Part shown: positions 30,220 to 40,745 of the stretch, piece after piece
Numbering within the stretch: position 1 is the stretch's first letter
Layout: every line of letters starts with the position of its first letter
Assembly: GCA_963805715.1 (NCBI GenBank)
Contig: CAWDVK010000013.1
Location: 80,352 to 144,351, forward strand
DNA length: 64,000 nucleotides
From: an uncultured Actinomycetota bacterium
Lineage (GTDB): Bacteria > Actinomycetota > Actinomycetes > Streptosporangiales > Streptosporangiaceae
Direction of reading: 5' to 3'
Notes under the pieces: generated by a model
The model's input: only the letters and a program-made list of their open reading frames with translations
Database searches by the model: none
Told to the model about the DNA's origin: nothing
Made by a program: the position numbers and the translations under genes

Positions 30220-30678
30220 GTGGACTCTTTCTCGCGGAAGCTCGCGGTGGTGACCGGCGGCGGCTCGGGCATGGGCCGCGAGCTTGTCCGCCAGCTGGCG
30301 GCGCAGGGCTGCTCCGCGCCCGCGGCCTGCCGGCGCCGGAACAGATGAGCGACGCCCAGCTGGGAGAACTGATCCCCGCCGAGGCGCAGGCCAAGCTGAT
30401 CGAGGCCGCGGCTACCCAAGGGTGCGCCGGCCGATGAGCTGCGCCAGATGCTCGTGCGGATGAATGCCAACTTCCGGGACAAGGCGCCGCTCAGCGCGGC
30501 TGACGCGGCGACCGTCATCCTCGACGGAGTGCGATCGGGGGCCTGGCGGATCCTCGTCGGCGATGACGCCAGGAAGCTTGACGCAGCGGTGCGCGCTAAG
30601 CCCGGTGCCGCCTACGACTACGCCGAGCTGTTCAGCCTGCTGGCAGAGCAGCCGACGGCGGGATCACCTGAGCGGTAG
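30220..30678 (+). pseudogene. Short-chain dehydrogenase/reductase remnant (N-terminal Rossmann fragment plus C-terminal fragment)
   Basis: VDSFSRKLAVVTGGGSGMGRELVRQLAAQG is followed by a stop. After a frameshift, only a C-terminal roughly 75 aa follows (NANFRDKAPLSAADAATVILDGVRSGAWRILVGDDA). The catalytic core is missing. Confidence 0.5.
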
Positions 30679-30733
30679 CACCTGCCGCAGCTAACGGGCT
30701 AGCGCAGGGCATCCTGAGGCGCGCATCCGGCGG

Positions 30734-31414
30734 CTACGAGCCCACGGTGTCGGGGAGCTTGCCCGTGGCTCGGAGTTTGCAGGCGATGATGAGCGGTCGC
30801 TGCGCGCTCGTTATGGCGAGGCCCGCTCCCACGATGACGTAGTCGCCGTCGATGGTGACGGCGGCGTTTGTCAGGGCGGATAGCGGCTTCTTCAGCAGGA
30901 TCGCGCCGGTGGTCGCGTTGAACGCGTACAGGTCACCGCTGTAGGTGGTGGTGAAGACGACGTTATTGGTGACCGCGGCGGCGCCGTACGGGGACGAGGG
31001 AAGCTGGTCGGCCCATTCGATCTTTCCGGTGTCCTGGCTGACGGCGACCATCTCGCCGGTCGCCTTGGCGATTGAGGCTGAAAACGAACGACGGCGGATC
31101 CCACAGGCCCCCGCCGGAGTTGACGGCCGGGTTCCCCCACAGGTTCTGCACCTCGTCCCAGGCGGGCCGCCATTCTGCGAGTTGTAGGTGTGTGTCCACA
31201 AGACCTTGCCGGTGGCGAGCCGGATGGCCATCACGTTCGACTTGAGATCCTGCGTGTACACCACGCCGTTCACCGCGACCGGGGTGGTCGCGTAATTGTC
31301 AGTGAACCCGGAGGGGAGGCTCGGCCCGTCCGGGTCCTTGGTCTTTGCTGCGCACGGCTGGCCGCCTTGTCGCCGGGGCCGGGCCGCGGGCACGTGTCCT
31401 GCGCGCCGTGCCAC
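30734..31414 (-). pseudogene. PQQ-like beta-propeller repeat protein remnant (frameshifted)
   Basis: Beta-propeller blade motifs are split over at least two frames (VAVNGVVYTQDLKSNVMAIRLATGKVLW; ATGEMVAVSQDTGKIEWAD; LYAFNATTGAIL). Confidence 0.45.
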
Positions 31415-31490
31415 GGCCTCTTGCCAAAGAAAACTGATATCAGTATGCTAAGCACGTGTTATCAAGCTCGTCAAGCAGAGGAGGCGCCCG

Positions 31491-32510
31491 ATGGCGACCC
31501 AGAATGCGGCCGCAGGCCCGGACCTGTCGGCCAGCCAGGTGACCGGGCCCGAGGCAGGCCCGTCGGCCGGATCAGGGGCCGGGATGGATGCCGGGAAGGC
31601 AGTGCCCGCTGGCCCGGGGCCCGCTGGCCAGCAAGTGACCGAGCGGACCGCCCTGTTCCTGCCCGGGCTGCGCGTGCTGGTGCTGGGCATCGTCCTGGTG
31701 CTGGGCGGGGTGGCGCTGGCCGTGGTGGCCAGTCATCAGAGTCACGGCGTCGCCGAATGGCTGATCCCGCTCTCCATCCTGATCTTCATTGCCGCCAGCC
31801 TGGCGCTGGCCGGCCTCACCCCTGTCGTCCCCGGCCAGGCCCGGGTCGTGCAGCTGTTCGGCCGCTATCGCGGCACCATCCGCGAGCCGGGCCTGCAGTG
31901 GGTGAACCCGTTCACCCGCCGGATCGCGGTCTCCACCAGGATCCGCAACCAGGAATCCGCGCAGGCCAAGGTCAACGACGCCGACGGCAACCCGATCGAG
32001 ATCGCCGCGGTCGTCGTCTGGCAGGTGCTGGACACCGCCATGGCCGTGTACGCGGTCGATGACTTCACGCAGTTCGTCACCATCCAGACCGAGACCGCCG
32101 TCCGGCACATCGCCTCCAGCTACCCCTACGACAACCGCGGCAGCGGCGCGCTGTCGCTGCGCGACAATGCCGAGGAGATCACCGGGAAGCTTTCCGCCGA
32201 GATCGCCGCGCGGGTCGCGTCGGCGGGCGTGCGGGTCATCGAGTCCCGGCTCACCCGGCTGTCGTATGCTGCCGAGATCGCCCAGGCGATGCTGCGCCAG
32301 CAGCAGGCCAGCGCCGTGGTGGGGGCGCGGGCGCGCATCGTCGAGGGTGCCGTCGGCATGGTGCAGATGGCCCTGCAGCGGCTCGAGGAAGAGGGCGTCG
32401 TCGAACTGGACGAGGAACGCAAGGCCACGATGGTCTCCAACCTGCTCGTCGTCCTGTGCAGCGAGCAGGCGACTCAGCCCATCGTCAACACCGGCACCCT
32501 TTACCAGTGA
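31491..32510 (+). CDS. SPFH/band-7 (stomatin/prohibitin-like) domain membrane protein
   Basis: N-terminal TM helices followed by an SPFH core ([24 protein letters not shown]...). Confidence 0.8.
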   Translation: MATQNAAAGPDLSASQVTGPEAGPSAGSGAGMDAGKAVPAGPGPAGQQVTERTALFLPGLRVLVLGIVLVLGGVALAVVASHQSHGVAEWLIPLSILIFIAASLALAGLTPVVPGQARVVQLFGRYRGTIREPGLQWVNPFTRRIAVSTRIRNQESAQAKVNDADGNPIEIAAVVVWQVLDTAMAVYAVDDFTQFVTIQTETAVRHIASSYPYDNRGSGALSLRDNAEEITGKLSAEIAARVASAGVRVIESRLTRLSYAAEIAQAMLRQQQASAVVGARARIVEGAVGMVQMALQRLEEEGVVELDEERKATMVSNLLVVLCSEQATQPIVNTGTLYQ

Positions 32511-32549
32511 CGCCGGGCACGCGGCCAGCAGGGAGCGAGGGCGGGCAGT

Positions 32550-32775
32550 GACCGAGCGCAAGGGCGTGCTGCTGCGTCTCGACCCTGCCGTGCACGACGC
32601 CCTCGCCCGGTGGGCCAGCGACGAGCTCCGGTCGACCAACGCTCAGATCGAGTTCCTGCTCCGGCGCGCGCTCGCCGAGGCAGGGCGGCTGCCCGGCCAC
32701 GCCGGGCCGATGCGCCCCCGCGGAAGACCGCCCGCGGGCACCCAGGCCGACGCCAGCCCGGCGGCGCAGCGGTAA
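32550..32775 (+). CDS. Small ribbon-helix-helix-like protein
   Basis: VTERKGVLLRLDPAVHDALARWASDELRSTNAQIEFLLRRAL has a typical RHH/Arc-like layout. GTG start with AGGGAGCGAGGG upstream. Confidence 0.4.
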
Positions 32776-32964
32776 CGGGCGGCCCGGCGGGCGACCGCGC
32801 ACGCCCGCCTGAAGTCCTGGCGCACCGCTCCCGCGCTCGCACCTGGCTCGACACGATGCCGCTCTCGTGCCTCGACATGATCGACGGCGGCAGCGTAGAG
32901 TCGGCAGGCGCCCGCCCGCGAGGCCGGGCGGGGGCTCGGGGAGATGCGAGATTCGGGGGGATTC

Positions 32965-33255
32965 ATGGCGTACGGCGTGATCCATAAGTTCGCTGGCGGC
33001 ACGAAAGAGCAGTACGAGGCATCCATCGCGGCCGTGCATCCGGCGGGCGGAGGGCTGCCCGAAGGGCAGCTGTTCCATGCCGCGGGCCCGTCGGCCGACG
33101 GCTGGGTGATCGTGGCCGTGCACGACACGCGGCAGGGGTGGGAGCGATTCCGGGACGGCATCCTGATGCCGCGCATGATGCAGGGCATCGACGGCGGTTT
33201 CACGGCGCCGCCCGAGGAGACGGGGTTCGAGATCTACAACGAGGTAACGGCGTAG
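32965..33255 (+). CDS. Hypothetical small protein
   Basis: 96 aa with non-biased composition (MAYGVIHKFAGGTKEQYEASIAAVH...). Confidence 0.3.
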   Translation: MAYGVIHKFAGGTKEQYEASIAAVHPAGGGLPEGQLFHAAGPSADGWVIVAVHDTRQGWERFRDGILMPRMMQGIDGGFTAPPEETGFEIYNEVTA

Positions 33256-33410
33256 ATCAGCCCAGGCCGCCAGGCGGATCCAGCGACCCTGCCTCGCCGT
33301 GAACGGCAGCGGCATTCAGGCGCTGGATCCGCCCGTACCCTGAGGGCGCCTGCCGAGACGACGCCCTGCGCAGGCGGATCTAGGCCGGCACGACGTACGG
33401 GAAGCTGTCG

Positions 33411-34172
33411 TCAGGGCGCCGGCTGGATGGTGACGGAGCCGGTCCTGGTGCTGGCGGTGATGACGTGCGGCGACGCCGGGCTGCGGGTGACACGGACCTG
33501 GATGCTGCCGACCGAGGCGGTCGCGTTCACGGCGTACGGCACGCCGCCGGGGACGCTCAGCGTTACCGAGCCCACGGTGACGGTGGCCGTGATCGAGGCA
33601 GGGACGGCCGCGAACGTGACGTCGATCTGGCCCGCTGACAGGCGCAGGGTAGCGTCCGCGGAGGACACGTCCTGGCCGAGGATCGATCCGACGTGGCCGC
33701 TGGCCTCGACCGGCCCCGAGACCGAGCCGAGGTCGATGTCGCCCGCGTTGGTGTGCGCGGTGACCTGACCGGACAGCGAGTCGAGCCGGATCGTACCGAC
33801 GCTGTCATCGACCCGGATGGTGATCGCCCTGGGCACCGTGATGTCATAGCCGATGCTGCAGGTTTCCAGGGCCGGGCAGTTGCTGTCCAGCACGAGGGTG
33901 CCGGCCGTGGCCCGGTGCGTGCTGACCGGGGCGGTGTGCTTGAAGCTGATGTGCTCGGTGACCGAGACCGTGCCGGAGCTGCCGCCCGTCACCTGGATGC
34001 CGCCGACCTGATCGTTCACCACCACGGTCCGCACCTGGCCAGCGACCGAGTAGCTCCTGGTCCGATGCTGCAGAGCTCCGACGCTCACGTAGCAGCCAGC
34101 CAGCGCGGACGCGGCCAGGCCCCCGGCCAGCACGGATGCGGCTGCCCGGACGGCCAAGCGCGCAGGCATGAC
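33411..34172 (-). CDS. DUF4097-like beta-strand repeat lipoprotein
   Basis: Lipobox (LAASALAGC) after an internal start MPARLAV, with GGGAGGAGGG upstream. Repetitive beta-strand segments (VTVGSVTLSV, IQVRVTRS). The upstream 400 codons of the track ORF are antisense to the methyltransferase gene. Confidence 0.6.
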   Translation of the reverse strand, partial: VMPARLAVRAAASVLAGGLAASALAGCYVSVGALQHRTRSYSVAGQVRTVVVNDQVGGIQVTGGSSGTVSVTEHISFKHTAPVSTHRATAGTLVLDSNCPALETCSIGYDITVPRAITIRVDDSVGTIRLDSLSGQVTAHTNAGDIDLGSVSGPVEASGHVGSILGQDVSSADATLRLSAGQIDVTFAAVPASITATVTVGSVTLSVPGGVPYAVNATASVGSIQVRVTRSPASPHVITASTRTGSVTIQPAP

Positions 34173-34355
34173 GCCCTCCTCCCGGGAGTGAAGGCCTGAG
34201 CGGGCGCCGCCGGCCCCTCGCCACCTCAGCCGGGCGCGCGCCGCTGCCTTGACGATGCACGACAACCGCCCGGGACGGTAGTGCCAAAGGTCATTCCCGC
34301 CCCTTCCGCCGATTCCTCCGGCCCGATTGCGCGGGACATTGCCGGGCGTATTCTG

Positions 34356-35240
34356 ATGCGTGCGTTCGTGCGTCCCCGCGGCAGGAGTGCCGCGCAACGG
34401 GAAGGATGCGCCGTGGCTGAGGGGCAGGCCGGCGACCGGCCCGGAGCGGGCGGACCCGCACCCGAGATCGACACCTCCGTCGCGCATCCTGCCCGCGTCT
34501 ATGACTACTGGCTTGGCGGCACGAACAACTACGCGGCCGACCGGGAGGCGGCTGAGCGGGTGCTGGCCGTCACCCCGGGCCTGCGGTTCCGGGTCCGGGC
34601 TAACCGGGCATTCCTGGCCCGGGCGGTGCGCTACCTGGTCGCCGAGGCAGGAATCCGGCAGTTCCTCGATATCGGCACCGGCATTCCGTCGGCCGATAAC
34701 ACCCACGAGGTCGCGCAGTCGGTCGCGCCGGACGCCCGGATCGTCTATGCCGATAACGATCCCATCGTGCTCGCCCACGCCCGGGCGCTGCTGGCCAGCG
34801 CCCCGCAGGGCTCCACTCAGTACATTCACGGCGATGTGCGCGCGCCGGCCGCTATCGTGCAGGCAGCGACCCAGACCCTGGACCTGGCCCGGCCGACGGC
34901 CCTGATGCTGCTGGGAATCCTGCACCTGGTCCAGGACAGCGAGGATCCGTACCGGATCGTGAACGAGCTGATGGGCGCGCTGGCACCCGGCAGCTACCTG
35001 GTGATCTCCCACCCGGCTAGCGACATCCGCCCGGCCCAGGCTGAGGCGCAGAAGCGCTACAACGAGCGCGTGTCCACGCCGCAGACTCTGCGCACACGGG
35101 ACGAGGTGGCGAGGTTCTTCACCGGGCTGGAGATGGTCCCGCCGGGCCTCGTCTACGTCCACACCTGGCGGCCGGATCCCGCGGACCTCGCGCCGGCCGG
35201 CGCAGCGTCCGCCTACGGCGGCGTCGCACGCAAGCACTGA
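34356..35240 (+). CDS. SAM-dependent methyltransferase, DUF574 family
   Basis: VYDYWLGGTNNYAADRE signature. The start is uncertain; a GTG near 34413 is also possible. Confidence 0.7.
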   Translation: MRAFVRPRGRSAAQREGCAVAEGQAGDRPGAGGPAPEIDTSVAHPARVYDYWLGGTNNYAADREAAERVLAVTPGLRFRVRANRAFLARAVRYLVAEAGIRQFLDIGTGIPSADNTHEVAQSVAPDARIVYADNDPIVLAHARALLASAPQGSTQYIHGDVRAPAAIVQAATQTLDLARPTALMLLGILHLVQDSEDPYRIVNELMGALAPGSYLVISHPASDIRPAQAEAQKRYNERVSTPQTLRTRDEVARFFTGLEMVPPGLVYVHTWRPDPADLAPAGAASAYGGVARKH

Positions 35241-35271
35241 CGTCCCAGGCACCTCCGCCCTCAGCAGGGCC

Positions 35272-35508
35272 GTGCTCTGCCTGGTGAGCGCGTTCGTGGC
35301 GCAGCTGGCCAGGCAGGCCGCCAGCCAGGGGCCGGACGGCATCGAGGCGGCGTGCGGCGGCGCCTTTACCATTGTCGGCGGCGGTGTCGTCCTGCCTTAC
35401 CCGGGAGAGCTGGTGGGAGCGGTCGGCGTCAGCGGCGGTACGGTCGAACAGGACAGGGAATGTGCACGCGAGGGACTCCAGTCCCTGGCAGGAGGCAGCC
35501 ATGAGTGA
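35272..35508 (+). pseudogene. GlcG/HbpS-like (DUF336) protein, C-terminal 78 aa only
   Basis: GGAFTIVGGGVVLPYPGELVGAVGVSGGTVEQDRE matches the conserved C-terminus. The N-terminal roughly 60 aa are absent, and the methyltransferase 3' end occupies that position. Stop overlaps the aminotransferase ATG. Confidence 0.45.
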
Positions 35509-36850
35509 CCAGACACCCGATCCGGCGCGCGGCGCCGAGGTCGTGGCCATGGACCGGGCGCATGTCTTCCACTCCTGGTCGGCCCAGCGGGGCCCGGCCC
35601 CGATCCCGATCGCGAGCGCCGAGGGCTCCTACTTCTGGGACTACGACGGCAACCGGTACCTGGACTTCTCCAGCCAGCTGGTGAACACCAACATCGGGCA
35701 CCAGCACCCGCGGGTCACCGCGGCCATCGCGGCGCAGGCGGCGAGGCTCACCACCATCGCCCCGCAGCACGCGAACGACATGCGCGGCGAGGCCGCGACC
35801 CGGCTCGCGGGTCTCGCCCCGGACGGGATGGAGAAGGTGTTCTTCACCAACGGCGGCGCCGACGCCAACGAGAACGCCATCCGGATGGCGCGGCTGCACA
35901 CCGGCCGGACGAAGGTGCTCAGCTTCTACCGCTCCTACCATGGCAACACCGGCGCGGCGATCACGTCCACTGGCGATCCGCGGCGCTGGCCGAACGAGTT
36001 CGCGGTCGGGCACGTGCACTTCTTCGGGCCCTACCTGTACCGGTCGGCGTTCTGGGCCAGCACGCCGGAGGAGGAATGCCAGCGCGCGCTGCAGCACCTC
36101 GAGCAGGTCATCGAGCTCGAGGGCCCGTCGACGATCGCGGCCGTGCTGCTGGAGACGATCGTCGGCACGGCGGGCGTGCTGATCCCGCCGCCCGGCTACC
36201 TGGCCGGCGTACGGGCGCTCTGCGACAAGCACGGCATCGTCTACATCGCCGACGAGGTCATGTGCGGGTTCGCCCGGGCCGGCTGCTGGTTCGCCTTCGA
36301 GCAGCATGACGTCGTGCCTGACCTGATCACCTTCGCCAAGGGCTCGAACTCCGGATACGTGCCGATCGGCGGCGTCATCATCTCCGGCGAGATCGCCGCG
36401 ACCTTCGATGACCGGGTATTCCCCGGCGGCCTGACGTACTCCGGTCACCCGCTCGCCTGCGCGTCCGTGGTCGCGACGATCGACGCGATGAAGGACGAGG
36501 GCGTGGTGCAGCATTCCGCGGCGATCGGCGCCGAGGTGCTCGGGCCGGGTCTTCGCGAGCTGGCCGAGCGGCATCCGGTGATCGGCGAGGTGCGGGGAGT
36601 GGCCTCGTTCTGGGCCCTGGACCTGGTGTCCAACCGGGAGACCAGGGCCATGCTGGCTCCGTACGGCGGCTCATCGGAGGCCATGAACGCCCTGGTGGCC
36701 GGGTGCAAGGCCCGTGGCCTGATGCCGTTCACCAACTACAACCGGCTGCACGTGGTGCCACCGTGCACGGTGTCGGAGTCCGAGGCCAAGGAGGGCCTGG
36801 CCATCCTGGACGAGGCACTCGCGGTCGCCGACCGCTACTACGAGGGCTGA
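35502..36850 (+). CDS. Class III aminotransferase (omega-amino acid:pyruvate type)
   Basis: 449 aa. Internal start MSDQTPD. Motifs YHGNTGAA, DEVMCGFARAG and TFAKG (Lys in KG). Confidence 0.85.
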
Positions 36851-37851
36851 CTTCGGCCGGCCCCGATGATCTCGTCCCGTACAGCCGCCCACTGAAGAGA
36901 GTGAGCGATGCCCTCCGCGATGCTGTACGCAGGCGCCCATTTCAGCAGCCGCCTTGCCTTGTCGCTGCGGGTATAGACGCCCGCCACATCGCCCGGCCGC
37001 CGGGCCTTCTCAACAGCAGCCACCGGCTCGTCAGCCACCGTATTGAACGCAGCCAGCAGCTCCCTGACGGTTGTGCCGCGGCCCGTGCCCAGGTTGATGA
37101 CGGCAGATCCGGGGCCGGCGGCGGTCAGGCGGTCAAAGGACTCGACGGCAGACACGTGAGCGCTGGCCAGGTCCCAGACATGAACGTAGTCACGGATGCC
37201 CGAGCCATCACGAGTCGGATAGTCCGTGCCCGTGATCTCGAAGGGCCGCTTCTGCTCATACGCCTCGATCATCCGGCCCAGAGCGTGGCTCGGTCGGCGC
37301 TGCTGCAGCCCGGTGCGCAGCTTGGGGTCAGCGCCGATGGGGTTGAAGTAGCGGAGCGAGAGGGTCCTGATCTGCTGGCTAGCAGCAATATCGGAGAACA
37401 TGGCCTCGCATACCGCCTTGGTTCGCGCATATGGGCTCTGCGGGTCGATCGGCGAATCCTCCGCTACGCGCAGATCGGTGCCGGGGGCGTAAATGGAAGC
37501 CGACGAACTGAAAATCATCCGGCGGCACCCATTTCGCAGCAGGCTCTCCACGAACTCCAGGCTCTTCGTAACGTTAGCCCGGTAATAGCTCACGGGATCG
37601 GCCACGGAGGCCGGCACGACAATCAGGGCCGCGCAATGCACCACGGCGTGAATATCGGGATGGTCGGCATAGATCTGGTCGACAAGACCGCCGTCAGCAA
37701 TGTCACCGTGGTAGAAAATACGGTCGGCGGCGAATTCACGGCGACCGGTGATGAGGCTGTCGACGATCACCGGAGTGATACCGCTGTCCAGGCACGCTGA
37801 AGCGATAGTACTCCCGATGAATCCGGCGCCCCCGGAAATAAGAACCTTCAA
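36838..37851 (-). CDS. galE: UDP-glucose/UDP-GlcNAc 4-epimerase (GalE/PelX-like SDR)
   Basis: MKVLISGGAGFIGS Rossmann, SSSASIY and YARTK catalytic motifs. Markedly lower GC and atypical codons (aaggttcttatttcc) suggest horizontal origin. Confidence 0.85.
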   Translation of the reverse strand: MKVLISGGAGFIGSTIASACLDSGITPVIVDSLITGRREFAADRIFYHGDIADGGLVDQIYADHPDIHAVVHCAALIVVPASVADPVSYYRANVTKSLEFVESLLRNGCRRMIFSSSASIYAPGTDLRVAEDSPIDPQSPYARTKAVCEAMFSDIAASQQIRTLSLRYFNPIGADPKLRTGLQQRRPSHALGRMIEAYEQKRPFEITGTDYPTRDGSGIRDYVHVWDLASAHVSAVESFDRLTAAGPGSAVINLGTGRGTTVRELLAAFNTVADEPVAAVEKARRPGDVAGVYTRSDKARRLLKWAPAYSIAEGIAHSLQWAAVRDEIIGAGRSQPS

Positions 37852-37855
37852 TGTG

Positions 37856-38764
37856 CTACCGCTTCTCTTTCGTGGCTGACCGTATCGCGGAGCCCGCTTG
37901 ATCGACTGTGCTTAGCTGATTGACCCGGGCGACGCTGCCGGCGGCCGCGCGATCAAGCGCACGAAGGAGAAGCGGCCGCGCGCGCTCGGGAGGCCGCTGC
38001 GGCGGAACTAGTGGTGGCGTTACCGTCAGGCTGTCCTCAAGCTGAGTGTAGATGCCGCGGTAAGCTGTCATTGCCTTATCCAGAGCAAAGAACTGAGCGA
38101 CGCGGCTCCGGGAATTCTCGGCGAAGAAGCTGTAGAGCGGCGCATCGTTCATGAGCTTCCGCATGGCCGCTGCCAGGCCGCTGACGTCGCCCGGCCGCAC
38201 CAGCAGGCCGCACGGGCCCACGGCTGGCTCCGTGCCGTCGTCCAGTGAGCTGAGAATCAGCTGCTCCATGCCGCCTACGGGCGTGCCGATGATGGGAAGC
38301 CCCACGGCCATCGCCTCCATGACGACGAGCGGCTGGCCCTCGTTGTAACTCGGCAGGATGAGCATGTCGTAATCCCCGAGCACTTCTGCCATATTGAGAT
38401 TGCCGCGGAAGCAGATGTAGTCATCAAGACCCAGATCGCTGGCCCGCCGATAGCACTCGGCCGCGTAGTGGGGTATTTCCTCCGCATGGCCCATGACATC
38501 CAGGGTGAAGTTGCCGACGCCAGCCTGAACCAGCTCGGATACGCTGGCGACAAGATCGATGAGTCCTTTAATGGGTACCAGCCTGGCACAATAGGCAAGA
38601 CGCCACGCTGGCTGCTCGCCGGAGCCAGCTGCCTGAGCGCGCCTTTCTTGCAGGCGCAGGCGGGCGGGCCCGAATTTCTCGAGCGTCATGCCATTCGGTA
38701 TGATGTTCGACTTGGCCGCGTCTAGGCCCAATGCCGCTAAGTTAAGCCGCTGCCGGGATGCCTT
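37856..38764 (-). pseudogene. GT4 glycosyltransferase, C-terminal Glycos_transf_1 domain only (PelF-like)
   Basis: Homology starts around LGLDAAKSNIIPNGM. The EGQPLVVMEAMAVGLPIIGTPVGG motif is present. The N-terminal half is replaced by an IS4-like transposase remnant. Confidence 0.6.
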
Positions 38765-39744
38765 CGAGCTTGATCGTTGGCGGGCTGGTGTAGGTGACGC
38801 CAACGTCGCCAGGGCGTTTGACCCGGTAGGAATTGTGGCGGGCGCGTTTGATGACGCGAGGGCAGGTTCGCAGGCGGCGGGGTGGGTTGAGCCGTTCCAG
38901 GATCTCGGTGAAGGCCGCCGCGGTGATCGCGGCTGGGTGATCAGGGGGGAAAGGCCGCCGGATCATCGATCTGGCGGCGGACGAGGCGGACGGTGCGGAT
39001 GAAGCTGACCCGGTCGGGGTCGTGCCCGGCTTGGTCTGCGGCCCGGCACATCAGCTCCCGGATCGCGTAGTGGGCCAGCAAGATTCCCCACATCTCCTGT
39101 TCGATGAGTTCAGGGGATTGGGAGCGGAGGATTCCGCCGGCTGCGCGCAGGTGGGTCTTGATCTCGTCCAGCCCGGATTCGTGTTCCCATCTCTGGTGAT
39201 AGGCGAGCGCCATCTTGGCTGCGGTCAGCTCGGCCGGGTCCAGCAGGGTGGTGATCACGCAGATCAGCTCGCTATCCTCGCCGCTGCGGTCGGGGACGGT
39301 GTATTCCGCCGCGCGCACGATGCGGGCCTGGTCCGCATCGATCTGCTCCCCGCCGCGCGCGGCGGCCAGCAGGGTGGCCTTGTGCCTGACCGTGGCGCCC
39401 GGCGCGAAGATCAGCGCAAGATAGGGGCCATCAGGCAGGCGGCGGGCCAGCGGCAGGGTCACGGCCGCGCCTACCCGCCAGCACAGCGCCGCCCCGGTCG
39501 CGGCGTACAGGTCCCACAGCTGCCAGGAGTAGAACCCTGAGTCCGCGGTGATCAGCATGTCCTCATCCACCGGGCCGGTGAGCCGGGCGGCCAGCTCGCG
39601 CTCACCAGCGCGGCACGGCCCCATCGCGGCGGCGACCTGAGCGTGCGTGCCGCACTCCGACAAGGACACGACCTGGAGCTCGCGCTCTTCTACATGGCAT
39701 TGCGGCCGGCCCTGCATACGAGTAGCTGATTCAGCATCCCCCAC
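38742..39744 (-). mobile_element. IS4-family transposase remnant (N-terminus missing, frameshifted C-terminus)
   Basis: DDE region (ORF 38941..39744) and the C-terminal motif in another frame (ORF 38742..38966: RVIKRARHNSYRVKRPGDV). Abuts the GT4 fragment. Confidence 0.65.
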
Positions 39745-39749
39745 TGCCC

Positions 39750-40745
39750 TACCTCGTGACTTCCTGTCGCCACGGCCGCCTCAATCCTAGGCCAATTATC
39801 GTACCGCCGGGCGTGAAGCCTGAGCGACGCGCCCTCATGTCCGGACTCGGCGCCTTTGCGCATATCACATCTTCTGCGAACGCATGCCTTTTAGGCGGCC
39901 CGCTGGCTCTTGCGTTCGAGTTCCTTTGAGCGCTATCCACTATTCGCCTCGCATATACCTACAAATAATGACACAGGGGCTTCACTTCGGCCTCTCTCCG
40001 GGACCGCAAGTTCTTCGGCCTGCGTTGTAAGCCGTGCGGAAAATATTACTAGATCGCTATCAAATCGGTTGATCGGAGCGCCACATCATTTGAACTTGGC
40101 AGATGTCTTCGACACGGCCCTGCTAGGCCGGCTAATCTCGCTGCTGCCGCCGGGTCGTGACGGCCAAGTGATGAGACGGAGTGCTATACATGACGGGGTA
40201 CTCGGCAAATCAATGCGGGTGCCGCACGCGCCTGATCACGTCAGCTTATCGGCTCGCGGGAAGTACGTTTTTACTTCTGCGACGTAATCCGGCAAGTAAT
40301 GCCGAGACTGTCGGCGGTCTTACCCGATGAGGATCCCCGAAGCAAATTCCAGGGAGCTCGCCCTGCGGATCCTCTGAGCTGCAAAGGTCGCATGCGACAG
40401 CGTCGGGCTATCGGCCCGCTGCTGCGGCGAACTAGCTATTGCGCGCCTGCCGCTCGTGACATCCTGCGTCCATTCCAACACTGCTAGTGAGGGGTTAGTG
40501 TAGTTATAAATTCCCGGCGGCCATCGCGGGTAATGTCGATCTCCACATGGGCGACGGCGCTCTTGCTTCTCGGCACAATTGTTCTCACTTTCGCCGTGCG
40601 CTACAGAGATGACCACCTTCTCGTGTCTGCGCGTCCTGCTCTGCATTATCGTCGCAGCCGCCCCTCGTCCAGGATCAGGCATCCGGCGTCGTCTAATTGG
40701 CGTGGCGGCTGCCTTGACCAAGGCTGACATCGATAGTGGGGACCT
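39750..40745. other. Roughly 1-kb AT-rich non-coding region upstream of the GT2 gene
   Basis: GC is clearly below the window average. No ORF longer than 65 codons and no coding-like codon bias. Confidence 0.5.

Noticed and set aside
34172-35372. Roughly 400-codon N-terminal extension of the 33411..35372 ORF
   Set aside because: Antisense to the DUF574 methyltransferase. A lipoprotein signal peptide and a strong RBS mark the true start at 34172.
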